Source: an uncultured Solirubrobacterales bacterium
GTDB taxonomy: Bacteria > Actinomycetota > Thermoleophilia > Solirubrobacterales > Solirubrobacteraceae
Reading direction: 5' to 3'
Assembly: GCA_963725165.1 (NCBI GenBank)
Contig: CAVRXK010000007.1
Span: 33,025 to 97,024, forward strand
DNA length: 64,000 nucleotides
Shown here: one piece after another, positions 1 to 10,605 of the stretch
How positions within the stretch are numbered: position 1 is the stretch's first letter
How the letters are laid out: each line of letters opens with the position of its first letter
Program-made: the position numbers and the translations under genes
Notes under the pieces: generated by a model
The model's database searches: none
What the model was told of the DNA's origin: nothing
What the model saw: the letters and a program-made list of their open reading frames with translations, nothing else

Positions 1-637
1 GATCGCAAACGCCGCGATCTCGCCCTTGGACAGCGGCTTGGCATAGACGAGCGTGGCGAGCGCCTCGACGCTCTGCACTCCAAAGAAGTCGATCGCCGCG
101 GCGCTCAAGGCCGTCTGCGGGCCTGAGCGCGTCACGGTCGGCAAGCGCGGCCTTGATCGACTGCACGGCAAGCCAGTAGCCGCTGCCCTCGTCGCCGAGC
201 ACGTGGCCCCAACCGCCCGCGCGCCACGCGCGCCCGTCCGGTCCGACGCCGAGCACGTTGCTGCCGGTGCCCGATATCACGCCCACACCGGGCCGGGCGT
301 CGGTGGCGGCGGCCCAGGCGCCGACCACGTCGTTGACGACCACCCACGTGGCCGGGCAGCGCTCGCGCACGTGCGCGGCAACCGCGTCTGTGTCGGTGCC
401 CGCGATCGCCAGCACCGCGGCGTCGAGCTGCTCACGCTCGATGCCGGCGCGCGCGATCGCTTCGTCGGTGGCCTTCACCAGGGAATCCGTCGCCGCATGC
501 GCGCCGACCGCGTCGGCGTTGCTCGATCCGCCGTGGCCGAGATGAAGCGTCTGCTCCTGCAGGTCGAGCACCGCCGCCAGGGTCTTGGTTGCGCCGCCGT
601 CGACGCCCATCACAAAGCGCGCGCCGATGTCGGCCAC
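1..637 (-). CDS. BadF/BadG/BcrA/BcrD-type ATPase, N-acetylglucosamine kinase-like (runs off window start)
   Basis: Manual minus-strand translation: VMGVDGGATKT...VVNDVVGAW...GVISGTGSN...RAGGWGHVLGDEGSGYW, the motifs of this kinase family. Absent from the ORF track because it has no stop in the window. Confidence 0.85.
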   Translation of the reverse strand, partial: MADIGARFVMGVDGGATKTLAAVLDLQEQTLHLGHGGSSNADAVGAHAATDSLVKATDEAIARAGIEREQLDAAVLAIAGTDTDAVAAHVRERCPATWVVVNDVVGAWAAATDARPGVGVISGTGSNVLGVGPDGRAWRAGGWGHVLGDEGSGYWLAVQSIKAALADRDALRPADGLERRGDRLLWSAERRGARHARLCQAAVQGRDRGVCD

Positions 638-803
638 GGGCGGCCCAGGGGATTGGGTCGTATCGCGCGCCCAGTCGCCCGGGGCGATCAGCGATTGCGG
701 CAATGTCACGAGCGGCTCGCGCTTCACGGCGTGATCCTCGCAGGAGTCACCTCTCGTGGGAGTTACGATCGTGCAACGGCCCCCAGTGAAGCTGGCCGAT
801 TTC

Positions 804-1109
804 TCAGTGCAGCTGGTCGATGAAGGTGTAGATGACCATCAGGCTGACAAGCACTACGAAGACTCGCAGCGCCCACAGCCCGGCCGTGACGCGAGCGCTG
901 AGCACGGCTCGCGGTATCGGCCGGGAGGTTTCGGCCACGAACTGGTCGCGCTCGAGATGCATGATCAGCTCGTCCTCGATAGCGCTCCTGTGACTGCAGG
1001 TCGCGCTCCTGAATGTCGGGGTCCGGTGGGCGTCGCGGCGGGCCAGCGCATCGGCGTTCTGCCGGGCGAGCATGTCGGCCTTCTGTAGCGCGAGCGCGTC
1101 TGTGCTCAT
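804..1109 (-). CDS. Small membrane protein, translationally coupled to the NRAMP gene
   Basis: ATG overlaps the NRAMP stop (ATGA). C-terminal TM segment GLWALRVFVVLVSLMVIYTF. Confidence 0.55.
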   Translation of the reverse strand: MSTDALALQKADMLARQNADALARRDAHRTPTFRSATCSHRSAIEDELIMHLERDQFVAETSRPIPRAVLSARVTAGLWALRVFVVLVSLMVIYTFIDQLH

Positions 1110-2556
1110 GAGCCGATGAGATGGATCGCTTGCAGGAACGAGTCGATGCCGTAGGCGGCTCCACAGAGGCCCACGAACGCGATCACCGCGATCCCGATCG
1201 CATTGGTCGAGCGCTTGTTCGCCCACGGACCCATCAGCGCCCTTGTCGTTGGCGAGCATGAGCATCAGCACCAAGGCTCACGGGGAGCAGCACGGTCGCG
1301 AGCACGTTGGCGTTGAGCGCGATCGACAGCAGCGGCGCGCCCGGGATCAGGATGACCGCGGCGGCCAGCAGCGCGACCCCGATGTTGGCGGCATAGAAGA
1401 CGGTGGCGTTGCGCGGCGAGACGTTGAAGCTGTGGGAGACCCCGACGCATTCCCCGGCGGCGTAGGCCGTGCTGGCGGAGATCGTGAGGATCGCGACGGC
1501 GCCGGCCTCGATCAGGCCCAGCGCGAACACGGTGCCGACGGCGCTGCCCGCGACGTGCTCGAGCGCCTCGGGAAATCCGGCGCCGGCGAAGCCCTGGACG
1601 CCCGATCCTCCGTGGGAGAACAGCGCCGCCCCGGCGACCAGCGCGCCGATCCCGAAGATCGCGGCCAGCACCGCGCCTACCGCGGTGTCGTAGCGGCCGT
1701 GTTTGACGTCGCGGGGAGTCATGCCCTTGTCGGCGCTGGCGCTCTGCTGGAAGAAGATCATCCAGGGCGTCACCGTGGCGCCGATCGTGGAGGCCAGCAG
1801 CAGCAGCAATGTGTTGAAGCTGCCGCCAGGGAACGGGCTGAAATCGAACGAGCCGGCGATCGCTCCGACGTCGGGTTTGACGAGGATCGCCGCCACCAGA
1901 AACAGACCGTTGAACAGCGCCAGGCCGAGCACGATGCGCTCCCAACGCCAGTAGCGCCCACCGCTGAGCGTGAACAGGACCAGCGCCAGTCCGAGCGCCA
2001 CGGCCACGCCGGAGCCGAGGTTGAAAGTAGGCCAGACCGACACGGATCGCGATGAACTCCGCCACGAGCGTGACCAGGTTGGTGAGGCAGAGATCGCCGG
2101 CGCCAAACCAGCCCCACACCTTTCCGTAGCGTTGCAGGACCAGCTCTCCGTAGCCGCGGTGGGTGACAGCGCCGACGCGCATGCACATCTCCTGACACAC
2201 AAACGCCATCGCGAACAGCACCGGGATGAACGGCACGAAGAACCCGAGCCCGTACTGCGCCGCCGTCGGAGGCGTAGGCGATCATGCTGGGCCCGTCGTT
2301 CTCGCCGAGCATCGCGAGTATCCCGGGGCCCACCAACAGCCACAGCAGCCACCAGCGCTTGCCGTGCCGGCGAGCGCGATGCACACGCGAGCGGTCCAAC
2401 GACCGGGCGGCGTCCTCCTCGGTCAGCGGCGGCAGCGCACACCCGGCGAAACAGCGCCCGGCAGGCGAGACGCGGGCGTGGCTTCAGTGCTCGCCATCGA
2501 CCGCCTCCCGAGGATGCTCGATGTTCCCGCGGCGTCCGGTCCGCCGGAGCGGACAT
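1106..2556 (-). CDS. NRAMP-family divalent metal (Mn2+/Fe2+) transporter, frameshifted
   Basis: Motifs GPGILAMLGENDGPSM, QEMCMRVGAVTHRG and TIGATVTPWMIFFQQSA lie in several frames. C-terminus ANDK..MG..N. Confidence 0.85.
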
Positions 2557-2565
2557 GTCGTGTGT

Positions 2566-3272
2566 GTCAAAAGGCGTCCCGTCCACCTCCACGGGCGCGT
2601 CCACCTCGACTCGCATCGCCCCCGCGAGCTGACCGCCAAGCGTGTGCTCGCGTCCGTCCACGCTCACGAGCAGCGGGCCGCCGAACGGCTGGCGCTCGAG
2701 CACGCTTATGCGCCCGCCCGGCAGCACACCCTGCTCGGCCAGGTAGCGCAGCATCGCCGGGTCGGAGTCCGATACGCGCACGAACGTGCCCTCGTCGCCC
2801 GGCACGAGGCTCTCCAAGCTGCGCGTCGGAGTGCTCGTCGAGCTCCAGGTCGGCGCTTGGGAATCGGGTCGCCGTGCGGGTCGATCGTGGGATTGCCGAG
2901 CTTCGCCGCGATCAGCTCCTCGAGCTCGTCGGAGAGCACATGCTCGAGCACCTCCGCCTCGTCGTGCACGCGATCCCACGGCATGTGCAGCGCCTCGGCC
3001 AGATACAGCTCGAGCAGCCGGTGATGGCGAATCACCTCGAGCGCCACCCGCGCCCCCTCGGGGGTGAGCCGCACTCCCCGATAGGGCACGTGCGAGATCA
3101 GGCCGAGCTCGTCGAGCTTCTTGAGCATGCCCGACACCGAGCCGGTGGTCAGCTCCAGGCGCTCGGCCAGCGCGTTCGTGGACACGGGCTCGTTCGCGCG
3201 CGTTTCGAGCGTGTAGATCGCCTTGCAGTAGTCCTCGATCGCCGCCGAGCGCACGCTTTCCTTGGTAGCCAT
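2566..3272 (-). CDS. DtxR/MntR/IdeR-family metal-dependent repressor with C-terminal FeoA/SH3 domain, frameshifted near 2860
   Basis: IEDYCKAIY, RHHRLLELYL, VHDEAEVLEH and DPHGDPIP, then RVSDSDPAMLRYL..ERQPFGGP in another frame. End approximate. Confidence 0.9.
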
Positions 3273-3407
3273 GCAGAAATAATAAGGCATGCCAAGATAT
3301 TCTTCAAGCCTCTCCGCGAACATTTGACTGGCTACACAGCCAAAGTCCCGAGGGCGAGACCTGTAACATCGTGGGTCGACATCCCCGCGCGGCGACTGGA
3401 GGCTCCC

Positions 3408-4647
3408 ATGGCAGCGACCGACACCAACCTCGAGGACCAACTGGTACTCGAGCGCGAGCTATGGGCCGACGGGCCTCCCCACGCCCTGTTCAAAGAGCTG
3501 CGCCAGGGCTGTCCCGTCCACTGGACCAAGGAAATCAGCGAATTCCCCGAGGAGGGCGGCTTCTGGTCGGTGACCACCGCCGAGGACGTGCACACCGTCA
3601 GCCGCGACTGGCAGACCTACTCCTCCGAACTGGGGGGCATAACGGTGCTCTCGACGATCTTCCCGCTCGAGCTGACGCGAGCGATGTTCATCGGGATGGA
3701 TCCCCCCAAGCACGATCGCGTGAAGGCGCTGTTCCAGGCCGGGTTCACGCCGAAGCGGATCGCCGCCCACGAGCACGCGATCCGCGAGATCGTGCGCGAA
3801 GACGCTCGACGGCCTCGACGGGCGCGAACGCTGCGACCTCGTGAACGACGTCGCCCAACCGGTCGTCTCGCGCGTGATCGGCAGCTTCATGGGCATCCCC
3901 CCGGAGGACGACGCGACCTGGGCGCGGCTGATGAACTCGACGCTCGGCGCCGGCGATCCCGACCTCAATCCCGACGGGGCCGGAGGCCGTCATGGAAAAA
4001 GAGATGCCCGAGATATTCGAGCGCTGCGGGCAGATGATCGCCGAACGCCGCGAGCAGCCCCACCGACGATCTCACGAGTGTGCTCGTGCACGCCGAAGTC
4101 GACGGGCAGAAGCTCGAGGAACACGAGATCGTGATGGGCTTCTTCCTGCTCGTCGCCGCCGGCAACGACAGCACCAAGGCCACCTACTGCAGCGGCATGC
4201 GCGCGCTGATGGAAGACCCCGAGCAGCGACAGCTGCTGCTCGACGATCCGTCGCTCGTGCCCGGCGCGCGTGGAGGAGTCGCTGCGCATGTTCCCCGCGT
4301 TCGCGCACTTCAGGCGCACGGCGACCAGGGACACCGAGCTCGGCGGACGCCAGATCAAAGCAGGGCGAGCGAGTGGTCATGTGGTACGCGTCCTCCAACC
4401 GCGACGAGTCGCGCTACGAGGACCCCGACCGCTTCGACGCGCGCCGCGACGACCGAGCACCAGGCCTTTGGCGCCGGCGGGCGCCACTTCTGCCTCGGCA
4501 CCGCGCTCGCGCGCCTGGAGCTGCGCATCCTGTTCGAGGAGACGCTCGAGCGCTTCCCCAAGATGGAGATCGACGGCAAGCCGCTGATGCGTCGAGTCGG
4601 CGTTCCTCAACCAGCTCAAGACGCTGCCCGTCCGGTTGAACGCATAA
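3408..4647 (+). CDS. Cytochrome P450 (CYP125/CYP124-like), several frameshifts
   Basis: [10 protein letters not shown]-helix AAGNDST, EESLR (ExxR) and heme motif [11 protein letters not shown]. Confidence 0.9.
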
Positions 4648-4649
4648 GG

Positions 4650-5313
4650 CGGACGATCGCCGGCAGATACGACGAGCTCGCGCTCGCCGACGAGCCCGAG
4701 CGCTGGGAGTCGCTTGGCTTTTCGGTGTCCGACGCGACCGTGCAGCTCGGCAGCCGTGCGAGTCGCGCTCGCCGGCCCGACGCTGGACGGGGAATCGTCG
4801 GCTGGTCGCTGCGCGAGATCGCACGCCGCCGAGCTCGACGGCCTTCCCACCACGCGTGTCGCGACGCGCCGACGCGCGCTGCACACGGGCGCTCAAGCAC
4901 GCCAACGGCGTCACCGCGATCGACCACGTGGTGGCGATGTCGCCCGACCTCGATCGCAGCGTGGGCGCATTGCGGGCGGCCGGACTCGACCTGCGCCGCA
5001 TTCGCGAGCAGCCGACTCCGGCGGGTGCGCCACGCCAGGCGTTCTTCCGCCTCGGCGAGGTGATCCTCGAGCTGGTGCAGGAGCCCGGCGGAGGTGGTCG
5101 CCGCGCGCCCGGACGGCGCGAATGGGCCAGCGCGCTTCTGGGGCTTGGCGCTGCTCAGCGACGATCTCGAGCGGACCGGTCGCGCGACTCGGCGAGCATT
5201 CGAGCGAGATCCGCGCGGCGGTTCAGCCGGGCCGGCGAATCGCCACGTTGCGGCGCTCGGCTGGACTTGCGGTGCCGGTGGCGCTGATGAGCCGCGCCGA
5301 AAACCTCGAGTAG
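4650..5313 (+). CDS. VOC/glyoxalase-family protein, frameshifted
   Basis: [20 protein letters not shown]...[12 protein letters not shown]...[12 protein letters not shown]. Start approximate. Confidence 0.65.
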
Positions 5314-5329
5314 GCCACAATCAACCGTG

Positions 5330-6034
5330 ATGGCGTCCTCCGAGGACAGCGAGGCGGGGTTCAGGTACGGCGTCGTATTCCTGCTGACGCTCACGCTGCT
5401 CGTGTTCGTGATCGTCGCCCCCGGCGAGACTGGTCGCGGGCGGTCGCATGCGCTCTGCAGTGGCTGGCGCTGCTGACGGTCGTCGCCACCTCGCGCGCGA
5501 GCAGCAACGTGCGCCGGCCGGTGGCGATCGTGCTGCTGGGGCTCACGAGCTTCACGGTGGTGGGCGAGGCCGCCGGGGCGCTCTCCGACGCGGTGCTGTT
5601 CGCGATCAGCGGCCTGCTGTCGGCGGCGATCCCGCTGGCCCTGGTCGGCGGCTTGATGCGGCTGGTGCGCGCGCACGGCGTGACCCCGCAGGCGGTGGCG
5701 GGAGCGCTGACGCTGTACCTGCTGCTCGGTCTCGTGTTCGCTTGGGTGATCGGCTTCGTCGCCAAGGTCGAGACCACCCAGTACTTCGCCCAGACAGCGA
5801 ACGCCGTCGACCAGCCAGATCGTGTACTTCAGCTTCGCGGTGCTGACCACCACCGGCTTCGGCGACCTGACCGCCGCCACGCACGTCGGCCGCTCGCTCG
5901 CGGTCGTGGAGATGCTGCTCGGCCAGCTCTATCTGGTCACGGTGATCGGGGTGCTCGTCGGCAACTTCGCCGGGCGACGCTCACGCACTCCGCCCTCGAC
6001 AAGCACAGGCCCGCTTGGACAAAGCGATCCGTGA
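5330..6034 (+). CDS. Potassium channel-family (Ion_trans_2) membrane protein, frameshifted
   Basis: Several TM segments and pore motif YFSFAVLTTTGFGDL...LAVVEMLLGQLYLV. Confidence 0.75.
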
Positions 6035-6045
6035 CAACAAAGATA

Positions 6046-6073
6046 GCCTGCTAAATGTGCCTATAATGCAGGC
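6046..6073 (+). promoter_or_regulatory. VapBC promoter/operator: TATAAT at 6062-6067 inside a GCCTGC...GCAGGC inverted repeat; probably leaderless
   Basis: Perfect -10 box 6 nt before ATG 6074 and a 6-bp inverted repeat flanking it. Confidence 0.5.
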
Positions 6074-6322
6074 ATGAATAGCATTCAATACACAGTTCGC
6101 GGCGTATCGTCCAAGCTCGATGCAGAGCTGCGCAGGGAGGCCCACACATCCGGCAAGACCCTCAACTCGCTGGTGGTCGAAACGCTGGAGCAGGCAAAGC
6201 TGCCCTCACCAGATGCCATCTATGACGACTTGGACTGGTTCATCGGCAGCGCTCCAGGTGACGGAGAGGATTTCGACGCCGCGCAGGCATGGCTGAATGA
6301 TCTGCCGGCCGAGCCGGCGTGA
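6074..6322 (+). CDS. Antitoxin (FitA/VapB-like ribbon-helix-helix)
   Basis: QYTVRGV...LRREA...SLVVETL N-terminus and acidic C-terminus. GTGA overlap with the PIN gene. Confidence 0.7.
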   Translation: MNSIQYTVRGVSSKLDAELRREAHTSGKTLNSLVVETLEQAKLPSPDAIYDDLDWFIGSAPGDGEDFDAAQAWLNDLPAEPA

Positions 6323-6716
6323 AGCTGGCACTCGACACCACCGCCTACAAGCTGCTCGGCGAAGGCAATCAGAGCCTTGCCGAGGACTTGCGTCGAGCAG
6401 AGAAGATCGGTCTGCCTATCACGGTCCTGGGCGAGCTCTGGTTCGGATTCACGAACGGATCCAAGCTACGCCAGAACACAGAGATACTCGAACACTTCCT
6501 CGCCACACCGCGGGTACAAGTTCTACAGCTCGGCGCACAGACGGCACGTCTATTCGGCGAGATCGCAACCCTCCTACGACAAGGTGGCATCGCGATTCAG
6601 CAGAACGACATCTGGATCGCCGCTCTCTGTAAGCAACACGGTTTTGCCCTGCCACCCGCGACCGCGGATTCCAGCATGTGCTTGGACTAGAGGTTGTCGA
6701 GATCAGCCCACCGTGA
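6319..6716 (+). CDS. vapC: VapC-family PIN-domain toxin (frameshift near C-terminus)
   Basis: LALDTTAY, VLGELWFG, NDIWIAAL, then ATRDRGF in the shifted frame. Confidence 0.88.
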
Positions 6717-6731
6717 CGTAAGGTGACGGAT

Positions 6732-7419
6732 ATGTCCGCACCTCAACCCAAGCCCCCCTCCACCCGCACGCGCGTGCGGCGGATGCCGTCTCGCGCTGAC
6801 TACGAGCGCGAGACGATCGAGGCGATCCTTGACGAGGCGATGGTCTCCCACCTCGGCTTCTCGGTGGACGGACAGCCCTATGTGGTGCCCACGCTGCACG
6901 CGCGCGTCGGCGAGCAGGTGTACTTCCACGGCTCCAGCGCCAGCCGCACCGTGCGCGCGCTGCGCGACCGGCGCGCAGATGTGCTTGACGGTGACGCTGC
7001 TCGACGGGCTCGTGCTCGCGCGCTCGGCGGTGCACCACTCGGTCAACTACCGCTCGGTCGTGGTGCTCGGGCAGGCACGGGCGATCGAGCAGCCGAGCGA
7101 GAAGATGACCGCGATCGAGGCGTTCACCGAGCGGCTGATACCGGGCCGCTGGGATGAGGTGCGCGGACCGACCGCCAAAGAGCTGAAGGCGATCCAGGTG
7201 CTCGCGCTGCCGCTCGGCGAGGCGTCCGCCAAGCTCCGTGTGGGTGGGCCCGTTGACGACGAGGAGGACTATGCGCTCGACACGTGGGCCGGGGTCGTAC
7301 CGCTGAGCACGGTCGCCGGCGAGCCAGTCCCGGATTCGCGCCTTGCCGGCGGCACCACCATGTCACCAGCCGCGCGCGCATGGGTCGCACATGGCAACAC
7401 AGATCGCACCCAGCGCTAG
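6732..7419 (+). CDS. Pyridoxamine 5'-phosphate oxidase-family flavin-binding protein, frameshifted
   Basis: RADYERETIEAILDE, YFHGSSASR, LARSAVHHSVNYRSVV, DDEEDYAL..WAGVVP. Confidence 0.85.
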
Positions 7420-7466
7420 AGCGGATCAGCAGCGCTCGACCCGGCCCGCCAAGCGGGGCCTGACCG

Positions 7467-9749
7467 CTAACCAGCGAAGTAGTACAGCGTCGTCCCTCCG
7501 GCGGTCGAGCTTTCGCCAGACACGTGCACGACCGTGCCGTGCGCCTCGATCCACTCGTCGCGTTCGCTGATCGCGGCGCTGCTTGCCGCCGAGGTGCTGC
7601 CCCCCGGACCACCGGCTACACCGCCCGGCGCGCCGCCTGAGTGCCCGCCAAAGGCACCCGCCGCGCCGCCTGAGACTCCGCCGCTCAACAGCACGTAGTG
7701 CAACTGCCCGGAGTCGATGAAGCTCTTGAGCTTGGCGAGGCTCGGCGCGGGGTCCGTGCCCATGAAGCCGCCCATGTCGATCACGTTGCGCCCGCTCTCC
7801 AGTGCGATCGGGCCAGCCGTGTTCGAGCCGACCGCCGCGAACAGATAGGCGGCTTTGCCCTGGTGGGCCTCTAGATAGGAGACGAGGGCTTTGCTCACCT
7901 CGGCTCCGGGACCCGCGCCTGCACCCGCCCCGACGCGGAGACCACCGGCGCCAACGCTTCTACCCGCGCCCGCGGATTGGGTGCCGCTCGCGGCGCCACG
8001 GGCGCCAGCACTCGATCCATCGCCAAACAGATTGGGCGGGTTACCCGCGCCCGCTGCCCCACCCGCCGGAGGAGCACCAACCGGCACGCCCCCGCGTGGT
8101 GCGCCCGCGCCTGGGAGGCGCAGCCCCACAAACCCTGGAGGACCGCCGGCACGCAAACCCCTCCCCCCAAAACCGGCCCCTGGAGCACCGCCGCCAAAGG
8201 CTCCGCCGAGGCCGCCTTCAGCGCTGGCCGGACCGGCGAGCGGGTCGCCGCCGCTGAGCGTCTTGCCGACCGTGGCGATCGAGTACGCGGTCGGGCCGGC
8301 GAGCATCGCCACCAGACCGGCCGCGGCCGCGGCCAGCGCGAACTTGTTGCGGGTCGAGCTCGACCCCAGCACCGGCGCGAGCCTTGCCGGCAGCAACACG
8401 CAGGCAGCGAGCACAGCGACCACCATCACCGCGGGAGCCAAGAACGGCACGAAGCCGGTGGCACGACCCAGCAGCACAGCAGCCAGCGCGGCGATGCCGA
8501 TCAAGCTCGCCGCGAGCGCGATGGTCCAGGCGACCGAGCCGCGCGAGCGGTCCCACATCGCCACCACACCGCCCGCCGCCAGCACCGCCGCGGCGGGCGC
8601 GAGCGCCGTCGTGTAGTAAGGGTGAAAGATGCCCGTGGAGAAACTGAACACCGCCCACGACACCACCGCCCAACCACCCCACAACAGGTACGCGGAGCGG
8701 CGCGGGTCGGTGCGCGAGGTGCGCCCCGAGGTCCACAGGCCGAGCGCCAGACCCACCAGCGCGAGCGGCAGCAACCATGCGATCTGACCGCCCACGATCG
8801 AGTTGAACAGTCGCAGCGGCCCAGCCGCGCCGCCAAAGGTGGCACCACCTCCGGGCCCGCTGTTTTCGCCTGATACCCGGCTGAGCCCGTTTGCTCCAAA
8901 GATCAGCGAGAACCATGAGTTGTCGGTCGTGTCCCCCACCCACGGGCGGTTCGCGGCGGGTATCAGCATCATCGTCCCGTACCACGCGAAGCTCACCGCA
9001 AACATCGCCGCGCCGCCCGCCAGCAACTGCCCGATGCGCCGCCTGACCGTGCCCTGACCGGCGATCAGCAGTGCGGCCGCCAAGCCGGGCACGATCAGGT
9101 AGGCCTGCAGCATCTTCACGTTGAACGCGAGCCCCACGAACACACCGCACAGCAGCACGTGACGCGTGCGCCCCGATTGCAGCGCCCGCACCAGCGCCCA
9201 AGCGGCTGAGACCTCCAGCAGCACCAGCAGCGCGTCGGGATTGTTGAAGCGGCTCATCGCCACGAAGATCGGCGTCAGCGCCAGCATCAGCGCGGCGAGA
9301 ATCGCGGCGCGCCGGCCGAGCGTGCGCTTCACCGTGTTGTGCAACACCAGCACCGCGCCCACCCCGCACAACGCCTCGGGCGCCAGCATGCTGAAACTCG
9401 AGAACCCGAACACGCGCCCCGACAGGCCCATCAGCATGTTCGACAGCGGCCCCTTGTCGAGACTGTCCGAGCCGCTCGTGTCCACCGCGTTAGTCAGCCA
9501 CGCCGTCCAGCTGCGGCTCGCCGCCTGCGCCGCCTCCGCGTAGTAGGTGTTCGCATAGCCGTTGCGCGTCAACCCCCAGAGGGTCAACGCGCCCGCGAGC
9601 AGCGCCACCAGCCACAACGCGGGCCGCGCCCACGCGGGATCGGCCTCACGGCCGCGCACGAGGCAACGCGCGCCCGCGCGCACACGGATCGTCCAACTGT
9701 CCAGATCACTCGGAGCTCGAGTTGGGGCGCTGATCGAAGGAGTTGACAT
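7467..9749 (-). CDS. Glycosyltransferase family 39 (ArnT/PMT-like) with Gly-rich insert
   Basis: GYANTYYAEA, MSRFNNPDALL, FNVKMLQA, GIFHPYYT, MGGFMGTDPAP and many TM segments. Confidence 0.88.
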   Translation of the reverse strand: MSTPSISAPTRAPSDLDSWTIRVRAGARCLVRGREADPAWARPALWLVALLAGALTLWGLTRNGYANTYYAEAAQAASRSWTAWLTNAVDTSGSDSLDKGPLSNMLMGLSGRVFGFSSFSMLAPEALCGVGAVLVLHNTVKRTLGRRAAILAALMLALTPIFVAMSRFNNPDALLVLLEVSAAWALVRALQSGRTRHVLLCGVFVGLAFNVKMLQAYLIVPGLAAALLIAGQGTVRRRIGQLLAGGAAMFAVSFAWYGTMMLIPAANRPWVGDTTDNSWFSLIFGANGLSRVSGENSGPGGGATFGGAAGPLRLFNSIVGGQIAWLLPLALVGLALGLWTSGRTSRTDPRRSAYLLWGGWAVVSWAVFSFSTGIFHPYYTTALAPAAAVLAAGGVVAMWDRSRGSVAWTIALAASLIGIAALAAVLLGRATGFVPFLAPAVMVVAVLAACVLLPARLAPVLGSSSTRNKFALAAAAAGLVAMLAGPTAYSIATVGKTLSGGDPLAGPASAEGGLGGAFGGGAPGAGFGGRGLRAGGPPGFVGLRLPGAGAPRGGVPVGAPPAGGAAGAGNPPNLFGDGSSAGARGAASGTQSAGAGRSVGAGGLRVGAGAGAGPGAEVSKALVSYLEAHQGKAAYLFAAVGSNTAGPIALESGRNVIDMGGFMGTDPAPSLAKLKSFIDSGQLHYVLLSGGVSGGAAGAFGGHSGGAPGGVAGGPGGSTSAASSAAISERDEWIEAHGTVVHVSGESSTAGGTTLYYFAG

Positions 9750-9930
9750 GCCGGTCTCGCTTTCAAAGGGAACGGTGTGCGCTTTGCCGCGTCGCCCCGT
9801 TTGCGACGACGCGCGGTCGAACTGCTCTGGCGCCCAGCATCGGCGAGCCGCACCAGAGCAAGCTATGAGCCGTATAAGTCGAATGTAGGAATATCTCCAC
9901 ACCCCCCGCGTGGCACGTCAGAATCGGGGC

Positions 9931-10605
9931 ATGAGAATTCTGGTGGTAGAGGACGACCGCGCCGTGCGCGAAGCGTTGCGCCGCGCACTCACGCTCGGTG
10001 GCTATGAGGTACAAACCGCCGAGGACGGCGAGCGCGCGATCGAGATGGTGGTGCGGAACATCCCCGATGCCGTGGTGCTCGACATCGGTCTGCCGGGCAT
10101 CGACGGCCTGGAGGTATGCCGCCGTCTGCGCCTGCTCGGCAGCCGCGTGGCGATCCTGATTTTGACAGCGCGCGAGCAGGTGAGCGACCGCATCGACGGC
10201 CTCGACGCCGGCGCCGACGACTACCTTGTCAAGCCATTCGACGTCGAGGAGGTAAAGGCGCGCCTGCGTGCGCTGCTGCGCCGCACCGGCTCCGGCGGAG
10301 ACCCCGACGCGCTCTCCTTTGCCGAGCTACGACTTGACAGCGCGCGTCACGGCGCGGAGGTCGGCGAGAACTTCACCGAGCTCACGCGCACCGAGTACCA
10401 GTTGCTCGAGCTTTTGATGCTCAACCCCAAGCGCGTGCTCCCCCACAGCCTGATCTACGACCGCGTGTGGGGCTATGACTTCGGACCCACCTCCAACGCT
10501 TTGCGCGTATACGTGGGTTATCTGCGACGCAAGTTGGAGGGAGCGGGGGCGCGCCCGCTGATCCACACCGTCAGGGGTGTGGGCTACGTGCTGCGCGAGC
10601 CATGA
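9931..10605 (+). CDS. OmpR-family response regulator (MprA-like)
   Basis: ILVVEDD, GLDAGADDYLVKPF, VWGYDFGPTSNALRVYVGYLRRKLE, HTVRGVGY. Confidence 0.93.
   Translation: MRILVVEDDRAVREALRRALTLGGYEVQTAEDGERAIEMVVRNIPDAVVLDIGLPGIDGLEVCRRLRLLGSRVAILILTAREQVSDRIDGLDAGADDYLVKPFDVEEVKARLRALLRRTGSGGDPDALSFAELRLDSARHGAEVGENFTELTRTEYQLLELLMLNPKRVLPHSLIYDRVWGYDFGPTSNALRVYVGYLRRKLEGAGARPLIHTVRGVGYVLREP

Noticed and set aside
53-823. 256-aa plus-strand ORF and other long antisense ORFs (e.g. 29738-31468 extension, 50644-51852, 54751-55809)
   Set aside because: These are shadow frames typical of high-GC DNA; the opposite strand carries recognisable proteins.
1234-2979. 581-aa ORF apparently fusing the DtxR FeoA domain to the NRAMP transporter
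   Set aside because: The middle is out-of-frame nonsense and both genes have indels; the fusion is best explained as a frameshift artefact.
3280-3300. GGCATGCC palindrome upstream of the DtxR/MntR gene as a metal box
   Set aside because: Only an 8-bp core is symmetric and the flanks do not pair; plausible but not supportable.
9860-9895. Possible MprA-type direct repeats between GT39 and the response regulator
   Set aside because: Spacing is irregular (11 then 9 bp) and matches are weak.
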